DNA of 64,000 nucleotides from the NCBI GenBank assembly GCA_965217895.1, contig CBDCJV010000002.1:928001-992000 (forward strand), given 5' to 3'. Below, one piece after another: positions 9,759 to 18,422 of this stretch. A program made the position numbers and the translations under genes. Each line of letters begins with the position of its first letter. The first letter of the stretch is position 1. The notes beneath the pieces are model-generated. The model saw only the letters and a program-made list of their open reading frames with translations. It ran no database searches and had not been told where the DNA came from. The stretch is from Waterburya sp. Its GTDB lineage: Bacteria; Cyanobacteriota; Cyanobacteriia; Cyanobacteriales; Xenococcaceae.

Positions 9759-11996
9759 ATGACAGAAACTCTCAAACTTGACGGCAAAACTTTTGTCTCC
9801 ACCGAAACAGTACCTATTTCTCAATGGCCCTGTGTCAAAAATGAACCAAGGATTCCCACTTTAACCCTCAAGGATGACGACATTTTTTTGGTTACTGATA
9901 CTCTGGGTAATGTTCCTGGATGTCTTCCAGGAGAAGATAACAATACTCTGGGTTTGTTTTGCCAAGACACACGTTTTCTAAGTCGTTTAGAATTACAGGT
10001 TGAGGGAGAGCTACCGATTCTTCTCAGCAGTAATGCCCGTAGAGGTTTTGCCGTTTCTGCTCTTTGTGCCAATCCTTATCTAGAAGAGAAAGGAATCGGC
10101 GCAGAGACTATCGGTATCCAGCGAGAAATTGCTATTAATGGCGGATTATTTGAAGAATTAACTATTACTAATTACCGTACTAGCCCTGTTAGTTTTGAAC
10201 TTAGCTTGAGTTTTGATGCTGATTTTGTCGATTTGTTTGAAGTACGGGGACGAGAGCGTCAAGAACGAGGCAAAATGTTACGCTTAGTCACAGAAAACGA
10301 CGAAACCAAGCAGCTAGAGCCTTTGGAAGTACCAGAAGAGATTGTTATTGCCTATCAAGGTTTGGATGGGGCGGTGATGGAATCGCGTATTCAGTTTAAT
10401 GAACGTCAGCCCGACTACTGTAAAGGCAACACGGCAATTTGGCAACTAGAATTGGAATCTCATCAAACTATCCGCTTGGGTTATCGGGTGCAGTTAATTA
10501 CTAATCGCCGTTCGATTTCCAAAGTGGGAACGCCGATGACTTTAGTGCAGGCTAAAGCAGCCGAATCGATGGAATTGGATCAGTGGCAGCAACAGGTAAC
10601 AACTATTCGCTCTGATAGCAACACCTTTAATCGTCTCATCGAACGAGCAGAACGGGATGTTTACTTATTAAGACAAAGTTTTAAGGACAAAAAAGCTTTA
10701 TCGGCGGGTATTCCTTGGTTTTCGACTTTATTTGGCAGAGATTCTCTAATTGCCGCTTGGCAAACTTTAATTCTCGACCCGCAAATTGCCAAGGATACTT
10801 TGGCGATCTTGGCTCAATATCAAGGCAAAACCCACGATGAATGGCGCGAAGAAGAACCAGGCAAAATTCTTCACGAATTGCGCTTGGGGGAAATGGCTCG
10901 TTGTGGTGAAATTCCCCATACCCCCTACTACGGTACTGTAGATGCTACCCCTTTATGGTTGATTCTCTATGCAGAATACTATGCCTGGACGGGAGATCGC
11001 CATACCTTAGAACAGCTATGGGAAAATGCTTTGGCAGCAATGGATTGGATCGATCGCAACTGCAAAGCAACAGGTTATCTAAGCTACGAACGTATTTCTT
11101 CTGGAGGTCTGCTCAATCAAGGCTGGAAAGATTCGGGAGACTGCATCGTCAATCGGGAAGGAAAATTGGCAACGGGGGCGATTACTCTCTGTGAGGTACA
11201 GGGATACGTTTACAGTGCTAAGATGCGCCTTAGCGCGATCGCTAAGTTGATGCAGAGACTCGACCTTGCAGAACAATGGCATCGGGATGCGTTGGAACTC
11301 AAAAGTCGCTTTAATAAAGACTTTTGGCTAAATGACCTCGATTATTGTGCCTTGGCATTAGATGGCGAGGGAAAACCTGTAGATAGTATTACTTCTAACC
11401 CTGGTCACTGTTTAGCGATGGATATTTTGCATCCACAAAAAGCTACTAACGTTGCCGAAAGGTTGTGTGCGCCCGATATGTTTAGCGGTTGGGGCATTCG
11501 TACCCTAAGTAGTTCTTCACCTGCATACAATCCGATGGGCTATCATGTTGGTTCGGTATGGCCTCACGACAACAGCATTATTGCTTTGGGGTTGCGATCG
11601 CTTGGGTTAGTCGAACAAACCTTAGAAGTTGCTCAAGGTATTTTTGATATGACCTTGCAGCAGGCATATCATCGTCCCCCAGAACTATTTTGTGGTTACG
11701 AACGCACTCCTGAAAATAGTCCCGTGCGTTATCCTGTAGCTTGTTCTCCCCAAGCCTGGGCAACGGGTACGCTATTTCAATTATTGCAAATAGTAATTAA
11801 TATTGTTCCCGATGCTGCTAATAATTGTGTGCGGGTCATCGATCCAATTTTGCCAGAATCGATTAACAATCTTTCCCTAGAAAATCTGCGGGTGGGTTCG
11901 ACCGTTATCGATTTAGAGTTTGAGCGTTCTGGAGGCACTACTGCTTGTCGAGTGGCAAAAAAACGAGGCAATCTCAAGGTAGTTTTTGAAGCCTGA
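9759..11996 (+). CDS. Amylo-alpha-1,6-glucosidase / glycogen-debranching-enzyme-like glycoside hydrolase
   Basis: AGIPWFSTLFGRDS, EEPGKILHELR, NQGWKDSGD, YHVGSVWPHDN and CSPQAWA motifs. Confidence 0.92.
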   Translation: MTETLKLDGKTFVSTETVPISQWPCVKNEPRIPTLTLKDDDIFLVTDTLGNVPGCLPGEDNNTLGLFCQDTRFLSRLELQVEGELPILLSSNARRGFAVSALCANPYLEEKGIGAETIGIQREIAINGGLFEELTITNYRTSPVSFELSLSFDADFVDLFEVRGRERQERGKMLRLVTENDETKQLEPLEVPEEIVIAYQGLDGAVMESRIQFNERQPDYCKGNTAIWQLELESHQTIRLGYRVQLITNRRSISKVGTPMTLVQAKAAESMELDQWQQQVTTIRSDSNTFNRLIERAERDVYLLRQSFKDKKALSAGIPWFSTLFGRDSLIAAWQTLILDPQIAKDTLAILAQYQGKTHDEWREEEPGKILHELRLGEMARCGEIPHTPYYGTVDATPLWLILYAEYYAWTGDRHTLEQLWENALAAMDWIDRNCKATGYLSYERISSGGLLNQGWKDSGDCIVNREGKLATGAITLCEVQGYVYSAKMRLSAIAKLMQRLDLAEQWHRDALELKSRFNKDFWLNDLDYCALALDGEGKPVDSITSNPGHCLAMDILHPQKATNVAERLCAPDMFSGWGIRTLSSSSPAYNPMGYHVGSVWPHDNSIIALGLRSLGLVEQTLEVAQGIFDMTLQQAYHRPPELFCGYERTPENSPVRYPVACSPQAWATGTLFQLLQIVINIVPDAANNCVRVIDPILPESINNLSLENLRVGSTVIDLEFERSGGTTACRVAKKRGNLKVVFEA

Positions 11997-12202
11997 TAAG
12001 TACATGGACAAAAATAACTACAGCTAATTGTTAATGAAGTAAGAAGTAAGAAGTAAGAAGTAAAAAGTAAAAAGTAAAAAGTAACTGACCTCTGACCTCT
12101 GACCTGAAGCGAGCGAACATCAACAGCGAGACTTGCCCTTGCGCCCTTCGGCGACGCGAGCTTCCTCGCTCAACGTTAAATTTAATTTTGTCCAACTACT
12201 TA
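11997..12202. mobile_element. IS630-type MITE (non-autonomous)
   Basis: TIRs TAAGTACATGGACAAAAATAA / TAAGTAGTTGGACAAAATTAA (reverse complement), TA at both ends, resembling the IS630 ends at 30793/31889; internal AAGTAA(G/A) and TGACCTC heptamer arrays. Confidence 0.8.
12124..12173 (+). mobile_element. 47 bp hairpin insertion plus CAA, following CATCAA and ending in TCAA
   Basis: C-AGCGAG...CTCGCT-CAA; absent from the paralogous repeat at 8385-8417. Confidence 0.75.
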
Positions 12203-12764
12203 AGCTGTGACGGCTTTAATTTGCTTATTGTGGCTGACGGGAGGACTAGGGGAAAGGGAGATTGGCAGAGGGTTAAACTGTTTTTCAAGCAATTAAATAA
12301 TATATAGTTTAAATAATGAACAGCCTATATCTACCTAGGAGCAAAATAGTTTATTTAAATCTTAAGAATTATGGCTCTTTAGATTAAGGAGGCATAAGAC
12401 AATTAAGAATTAAATACAGCCGTGATAACATTCTTCTCAATCATTAAATTGGAGTAAGAATAGAAAGTAGTCGTGAGGTAGTTTGCTAGTAAAATTTCTA
12501 ATCTAAAATAAGGTAGCTGCGATCTCATTAGAAACAGTACCACCTCGACAACTTGACAGTTCGCTCGCATAAGCTTAAAAGCATATCGACCGCAACAACC
12601 ATTTTGCAAAGATGTGTAACTACGAGAAACTATCCCGCTATTCAATACAGTAGGCGAAATAGTTTGATTGGTAACTTTGTTTTGATTTCTTTTATCTCAC
12701 TAGAATCAGTATCGGTACGTCAACGCTATGTTAATACTTGCTAGACGAGTAAATACAAGCGATA

Positions 12765-13415
12765 TTAAGAGTTATTATCCATATTGTTCATCATGTATTT
12801 GCTGTAGCTAGTACCATTTTCAAGAGACTTAGATAGTTGCGAATGCATCTCCTGCACGGGCAAAAACTGCTCGATGAAAGCTTGCAGGTCTGAATCTTGA
12901 GCAGATGTAGCTTGGCTCTGCAAATCCTTTACATCACTAGCGTTTGCTTGCGTTGATTCACTGATATACTGTTGATCGAATTTGCTTCCTTGAAGCTGCA
13001 TTAGCTGCTCTAACTTAGATTGGTTCTGACTATCTAACTCAACGGGTAAGACTATGCTTTTGCGACGAGCGAGTTCCATTAGCTGCGTATTATACTCTGC
13101 GTGGTCATTTATCAATCGTAAACCGTACATCGCAAGGTTAGGATCTTGAGCTTTCTGGACGGCTAATTGAGCAGAAGCAAATTCATAAAGGCTATCTTGA
13201 GCAGATTTGGTCAAAAAATCCTTTTCGGTATTGCTCAGAGAAGATGTGCTGGTGCTGGTAAGCTGCTCACTCGAAGGCATTTGCGCTATCTGTTCTAAGG
13301 TGGTCTGCTGCATTGACTGCACTTTGGCGGGGGCTTGCTGTGCTAAAGCTGTTCCAGCCAAAGTTACTAAAAATATTGCTGTTGCTGTTATGGCAGCAAA
13401 TTTAAATCTAATCAT
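12765..13415 (-). CDS. Secreted DUF4142 (ferritin-like) protein
   Basis: Signal peptide; EKDFLTKSAQDSLYE, LINDHAEYN, LQGSKFDQQYI, FLPVQEMH pattern. Confidence 0.85.
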   Translation of the reverse strand: MIRFKFAAITATAIFLVTLAGTALAQQAPAKVQSMQQTTLEQIAQMPSSEQLTSTSTSSLSNTEKDFLTKSAQDSLYEFASAQLAVQKAQDPNLAMYGLRLINDHAEYNTQLMELARRKSIVLPVELDSQNQSKLEQLMQLQGSKFDQQYISESTQANASDVKDLQSQATSAQDSDLQAFIEQFLPVQEMHSQLSKSLENGTSYSKYMMNNMDNNS

Positions 13416-13870
13416 TTGATAGTTCTCCTTTTAATTTGCTTTAAAATACTCCTTTAAGCAAATCTAAACACAAGTAAAAATCTAAAGTATCCACCTCTAG
13501 TTAGACTCAATCAATCTGTACTTTGAATTGAAAATTACGGCTAACAATTAAAAATTACAGTTAACAAGTTCAAGCTAGTTTTATACACAATCGCTAATAT
13601 TTGTATGTGATATGAATGACATTTTTGGCAATCTCGAGCATCGCTCATAATATAGCAAAAACTAACAAAAGTATCATCATACTATTGAATCTTTATCCGC
13701 CTAAAAAAAGCTCTATCTTAAGATAGTATAGACAAAAAATCTAGCGAATTAGTATTAATCCATAAGTTCATTTCAAGCAAAAAACTTTTTAAAGTTCAAG
13801 GGGAATATACAGTTTACCGAACATTCTCTTAATCCGCTTTAAATAATTAACTCATAGGAGAAATAAACTC

Positions 13871-14581
13871 ATGTTTTTTCACAAAAAAGAAACTATTCAT
13901 AATGTCGATATTAAAGAAGCCAACCCCCGCTTTGCTCAACTGTTGCTAGAGCAATTTGGTGGTGCGACTGGAGAACTATCTGCTGCCTTGCAATATTGGG
14001 TGCAGTCTTTCCATGTAGAAAATCCAGCCATTAAAGATATGCTCCAAGACATCGCAGTTGAAGAGTTCGGTCACTTAGAAATGGTGGGCAAAATGATCGA
14101 AGCTCATACCAAAAATGTAGACCAAACCGAAGCATATAAAAGTACGTTGTTTGCCGTGCGGGGAATGGGACCCCATTTTCTTGATAGTCAGGGTAGTGCT
14201 TGGACAGCAACCTATCTCAATGAAGGCGGTGATGTCGTGCGCGATCTACGCGCCAATATTGGTGCAGAAGCGGGAGCGCGACAAACTTATGAAGCGTTAA
14301 TTAAAATAGCACCAGATGAAGGGACTAAAAAAACTCTTGTACATTTGCTAACTCGCGAAATTTCTCATACGCAGATGTTTATGAATGCACTAAATCAGTT
14401 GGGCAAGCTTACCGATCCCTTATTTGGCAATGTTCAACCCGATGAGACAGTAGATCTTTATTACAACTTATCTACTTCTAGTCTAGCAGATGGCTCAAAT
14501 GTAGAGGTTGACCAGCGCGGTCCTTGGAATCAAGAGCCAGATTTTAGATATGTTGCTCACCCCCAACCCAACCACTTTTAA
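13871..14581 (+). CDS. Manganese catalase family protein
   Basis: LLEQFGGATGELSAALQY, DIAVEEFGHLEMV, RANIGAEAGAR and REISH motifs; AGGAG RBS. Confidence 0.93.
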   Translation: MFFHKKETIHNVDIKEANPRFAQLLLEQFGGATGELSAALQYWVQSFHVENPAIKDMLQDIAVEEFGHLEMVGKMIEAHTKNVDQTEAYKSTLFAVRGMGPHFLDSQGSAWTATYLNEGGDVVRDLRANIGAEAGARQTYEALIKIAPDEGTKKTLVHLLTREISHTQMFMNALNQLGKLTDPLFGNVQPDETVDLYYNLSTSSLADGSNVEVDQRGPWNQEPDFRYVAHPQPNHF

Positions 14582-14627
14582 ACAGCGAATTGAGGAAATA
14601 TTATCAACTAAAAATTGATTGAGTTAT

Positions 14628-14660
14628 AGCCAAGGATTTAATTTCTTGGCTTGGCTTTTT
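14628..14660 (+). terminator. Probable intrinsic terminator of the Mn-catalase gene
   Basis: AGCCAAGGA/TTCTTGGCT stem followed by a T-rich tract. Confidence 0.6.
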
Positions 14661-14802
14661 AATAGACCCCTTTTTTTCCTAAAGTAACAAAAGAGGAATA
14701 AGAACTACCTCTGGATCATCATCATAAGCTCGTTAGATCAGCTAAAAGCTACATTGGATAATAGTTTGAGGGGTGTTAATTCTTGAAGTAGTCCCAAAAA
14801 GG

Positions 14803-15313
14803 CGCGATCGCCAAACAATTAATGTGGCACAGCTTGCAGGGGTTTTGGGTCATGAAGTAGGTCATGTAATAGACAGACATGGTGCAGAACATTTAGCTAA
14901 ACAACAGTTAGGTAGTGCCTTAATCAATGCTGTAGGCATTGCTGCAGGGCGATCGCCCTGCAGATGGCAGACAGGCAGCTATTTTGGCACGAGCGGTTAA
15001 TCAATTGGTCAATCTTAAGTATGGTAGAGAAGATGAGCTTGAAAGCGATCGCCTAGGATTGGAATTTATGACCGAAGCTGGCTACAGTCCTGTCGGTATG
15101 CTGGAGTTAATGAAAATCCTTAATTCTGCCAGAGGTGATGCAGGAGGACAACCAGAGTTTATGAGTACTCACCCAAATCCTGGTAATCGTCTAGAACAGC
15201 TACAAACTGAACAGCTACAAACTATTATCAACCAAGAATATCCCAGCGGTATTCCAGGTAGTTTGGAAGAAGATAAAGATCGCTTTGCTCAAGTAGTAGC
15301 ACCTCGAATTTAG
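14803..15313 (+). pseudogene. M48-family metallopeptidase remnant (5'-truncated, frameshifted)
   Basis: AQLAGVLGHEVGHV (HExxH) in one frame, YGREDELESD and FMSTHPNPGNR in another; frameshift near 14948; N-terminal half missing. Confidence 0.88.
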
Positions 15314-15359
15314 AGCTTGATATCTTCTATCTTTTTTACTAATAACTAATAATTAACTT

Positions 15360-15908
15360 ATGAATATAACTACTATTTATTGGATTGTCCTAGCAGCGAT
15401 GGCAATAGGGGTAATTGGGGCAATTATTCCTGGGCTTCCTGGCAGCAGCATTATTTTAGTTGCTATTTTGGTTTGGAGTATCGTCACTGGTTTTGCAGGT
15501 ATTAGCTTACCCATGATTTTGATTTTTACTGTCTTAATTCTTAGTGCAATAGTCGAATATTTGGCTCTATATTTTGGAGCAAAACAGTCTGGGGCAAGCA
15601 AATGGAGTCAGTATGGTGCAATTATCGGCATGGTTATGGGTTTTGTGAGTTTATTACCTGCTTTGCCCCTTGGAGGTCCTTTAATTGGTGTTCTAGTCGG
15701 TGCAGTATTAGGGGCGTTTATTGGTGAATATCTTTATCGCAGTAACCTTGAACCAAATCGGCGCATCAAGCAGGCTTTTAAAGCTAGTACAGGAATTGTC
15801 GTTGCTTCAATTATTGGTAATGTGATTGAAGCTTTATTGGCAGCATTGGCAGTAGCGATTTTTATTTACTCTACTTGGTCTTACGTTTTTCCCGCTGGAA
15901 TTAATTAA
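15360..15908 (+). CDS. DUF456 family membrane protein
   Basis: GAIIPGLPG, GAKQSGASKW and GAVLGAFIGE motifs. Confidence 0.85.
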   Translation: MNITTIYWIVLAAMAIGVIGAIIPGLPGSSIILVAILVWSIVTGFAGISLPMILIFTVLILSAIVEYLALYFGAKQSGASKWSQYGAIIGMVMGFVSLLPALPLGGPLIGVLVGAVLGAFIGEYLYRSNLEPNRRIKQAFKASTGIVVASIIGNVIEALLAALAVAIFIYSTWSYVFPAGIN

Positions 15909-15953
15909 CGTTTAACTGTAAATATTTACCTCTTATGACTGACTGCCTAACTT

Positions 15954-16133
15954 ATGGAAAACAATCTAGTAATAGCCTTTTCTGTTTTGTTTTGGTTAAC
16001 TCCAGTTGTTTTGACGATTCATCTGGCACTCAAAAAAACTGAGTCTAATGCTTATAAAAAAAGACTGGGTTACATCTATGGAGGATTATGGGCGATCGCT
16101 TTTTTGGGTTATGGCTGGCTGTTTATCCATTAG
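15954..16133 (+). CDS. Small (59 aa) two-TM membrane protein, not in the ORF track
   Basis: MENNLVIAFSVLFWLTPVVLTIHLALKKTESNAYKKRLGYIYGGLWAIAFLGYGWLFIH; fills the intergenic gap. Confidence 0.65.
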   Translation: MENNLVIAFSVLFWLTPVVLTIHLALKKTESNAYKKRLGYIYGGLWAIAFLGYGWLFIH

Positions 16134-16148
16134 TCAAGTTGGCTAAAT

Positions 16149-16649
16149 TTATTCTTGAATTAAAGATTGGCGTAGTTTTTGTTCTAAATTGCTAGGGTCT
16201 ACCTCCAAATTTTGTAAAATCTTAAATCCCAAACTGTTGACATCTCCAAGTAGACCCAAGAGCAAATGTTCTGTACCTATATAATTTTTGCCCAACTTTA
16301 AAGACTCTTGCAAAGCACTTTCCATAGCTTCTTTCACTCTACGAGTAAAAGGCATGAATATCGGCATTGAGTTCTTACTTCCACGTCCAATCAATCTTTC
16401 GACTTCAATTTGAACTTTTTCTAAATTTAATCCAGCTTCACCAAGAAACTGCCAAGATATTCCACTTTTTTCACTTATCAATCCGATTAGAATCTGTTCA
16501 GTGCCAACATATTGATGTTTCAAACGGAGAGATTCACATTGAGCAAATTTTATAGCTGTAATTGCTTCATGAGTTAATCTAGATGGTAATGGGAATCCCA
16601 AACGAGTAAATAACTTATCCCGAATTGGTCTAAACAATTGTTCTGACAT
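16149..16649 (-). CDS. Stand-alone Clp protease N-terminal (Clp_N repeat) domain protein
   Basis: Two repeats (HQYVGTEQILIGL, KNYIGTEHLLLGLL); no AAA domain. Confidence 0.85.
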   Translation of the reverse strand: MSEQLFRPIRDKLFTRLGFPLPSRLTHEAITAIKFAQCESLRLKHQYVGTEQILIGLISEKSGISWQFLGEAGLNLEKVQIEVERLIGRGSKNSMPIFMPFTRRVKEAMESALQESLKLGKNYIGTEHLLLGLLGDVNSLGFKILQNLEVDPSNLEQKLRQSLIQE

Positions 16650-16761
16650 GGATTTTTCCTCTTCTGATAATTTTTTTACTGACTCAAGAATATGAATATT
16701 ATTTGAGGAACTTTCTGTGTAGAAAAACGACTTATGCTTTAGTTACTATTTACTTTTCAAT

Positions 16762-17352
16762 TCAATTTGACAAGCCGCTGTACAATTTTTGCAAATCTGG
16801 CATCAACTGAGCAAAAGCTACCCCACGATGACTAACCTTACCCTTAATTGCAGCAGACATTTCGGCAAAAGTTTGCTGTTTTGTAGGTACATAAAAAATA
16901 GGATCGTAGCCAAAGCCACCATTACCACGAGGGGAATGTAATATTTCCCCTGGACAGATACCTTCTGTTTCTAAAACTATCTTACCATCAGGACTGGCGA
17001 TCGCAATTGCACAAATAAATTTTGCCTGTCTATTTTTTGTGTCACCTAATTCTGTTAGCAGACGATTAATCCTGTCTGTGTCTGTCTTGCCATACCTCGA
17101 TGAATATAGCCCTGGCGCACCATTAAGAGCATCTACTGCCAATCCAGAATCATCAGCGATCGCCCATTCTCCCAGAGCTTTTGCTACTTCTGAAGCTTTA
17201 AGACGAGCATTAGCAATAAAAGTAGTGCCTGTTTCTTCTATATCTAGATTCGCAGGCTTTAACTGCAATTCCCAAGGCAAACCTGTCAAATATTCCTTAA
17301 TTTCCTGCACTTTTCCTGGGTTTCCCGTAGCGACTATAAGCCTTTCAACCAT
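16762..17352 (-). CDS. rdgB: Non-canonical purine NTP pyrophosphatase (RdgB/HAM1)
   Basis: ATGNPGK, ADDSGL, GAPGLYSSRY, GFGYDPIF and SHRG motifs; start at MVERL. Confidence 0.95.
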   Translation of the reverse strand: MVERLIVATGNPGKVQEIKEYLTGLPWELQLKPANLDIEETGTTFIANARLKASEVAKALGEWAIADDSGLAVDALNGAPGLYSSRYGKTDTDRINRLLTELGDTKNRQAKFICAIAIASPDGKIVLETEGICPGEILHSPRGNGGFGYDPIFYVPTKQQTFAEMSAAIKGKVSHRGVAFAQLMPDLQKLYSGLSN

Positions 17353-17462
17353 CGAAATATATCTACAGTATGATTCTTGCGTAAGTCCTATCCTATACAT
17401 TGCTAGGAAATAAAAGGTGTTATCTTAGCTTTGATTATAGCAAGAAGAGTCAAGAGGGAAAC

Positions 17463-18308
17463 ATGAATTTCAATGGTAAGACAGCCATTGTCACTGGTGC
17501 AGGTAGAGGGTTAGGGCTAGCTTACGCTCGAACCCTAGCCGACCTTGGTGCCAATGTCGTAATCAGCGATTTAGGGACGGATCGTGCGGGTGCAGGGATT
17601 GACGACTCAGTGGCATCAAATGCCACGCGCGAGTTGCAAGAAAAGGGTAAAAATGTCATTGCCCATTGCGGTAATCTGTCTGACGAATCGACTTGTCGCG
17701 AGCTAGTAGAACTGACGGTAAATTCTTTCGACAGCCTGGATATTCTTATCCATAATGCTGGGTGGGTAGGCTATCAAGCCATCGAGGAGATAGAGATCAG
17801 TTTTATACAACGTGCCATTGACGTTAATATCCTGGCGACAATCTGGATCTGTAAGCACGCCTGGAATTATCTAAAACAATCATCGACACCAAGAATAGTT
17901 TTGACTACCTCTGATCGTGCCATGTATCAGCGATACGCTCAATCTGGCTTGACTGCCTACGCTGCTGGCAAGATGGCTCAGGTTGGCATCATGAACGCAC
18001 TAAGCATGGAAGGCTTGGAACACAAGATTCTTGTCAATGCGGTATCTCCTGTGGCTAAAACTCGAATGTGGGGAGAAACGGGAACTCCAGACAATCTCAA
18101 GCCCGAATGGGTTACTCCTGGAGTCATTTACCTAGCCAGTGACGCTTGCCAAGATACTGGATTTATTATGCGTGCAAGCAACGGACAGTTTACCGCAACC
18201 CGCTTTGAAGAGAACTCCAAGGTTGACTACCCGATAGATCTGGCGCGAATTAAAGCTAGCAGCGCAGAAGAAATTGCTCAATTGTGGGAATCCATCAAGG
18301 AATGTTGA
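17463..18308 (+). CDS. Short-chain dehydrogenase/reductase
   Basis: TGAGRGLG, HNAG, YAAGK catalytic YxxxK, VNAVSP. Confidence 0.9.
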   Translation: MNFNGKTAIVTGAGRGLGLAYARTLADLGANVVISDLGTDRAGAGIDDSVASNATRELQEKGKNVIAHCGNLSDESTCRELVELTVNSFDSLDILIHNAGWVGYQAIEEIEISFIQRAIDVNILATIWICKHAWNYLKQSSTPRIVLTTSDRAMYQRYAQSGLTAYAAGKMAQVGIMNALSMEGLEHKILVNAVSPVAKTRMWGETGTPDNLKPEWVTPGVIYLASDACQDTGFIMRASNGQFTATRFEENSKVDYPIDLARIKASSAEEIAQLWESIKEC

Positions 18309-18364
18309 TATGCTTGCTCAGGAGGTGATTTTACCAAAGAATAGTATTTTCAGTTAAGGAAAAA

Positions 18365-18396
18365 ACAAGGGTTTGGGCTTATTCTGAACTCAGGTT
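18365..18396 (-). repeat. Solo terminal fragment of the MITE family at 61283-61456
   Basis: Reverse complement AACCTGAGTTCAGAATAAGCCCAAACCCTTG matches AACCTGAGTTCGGGATAAGTCCAAACCCTTG at 61284. Confidence 0.75.
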
Positions 18397-18422
18397 GGTA
18401 AAAATATTTTTTCAGATGCCCT

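Noticed and set aside
12036..12105. Tandem AAGTAAG/AAGTAAA/TGACCTC units as a possible CRISPR-like array
   Set aside because: These are 7 bp tandem repeats without unique spacers; no 25-40 bp repeat-spacer array or cas gene was seen in the window
12403..12744. Short ORFs 12403-12645 (-) and 12553-12744 (+)
   Set aside because: No recognisable motifs, weak starts, mutually overlapping; probably spurious or decayed DNA
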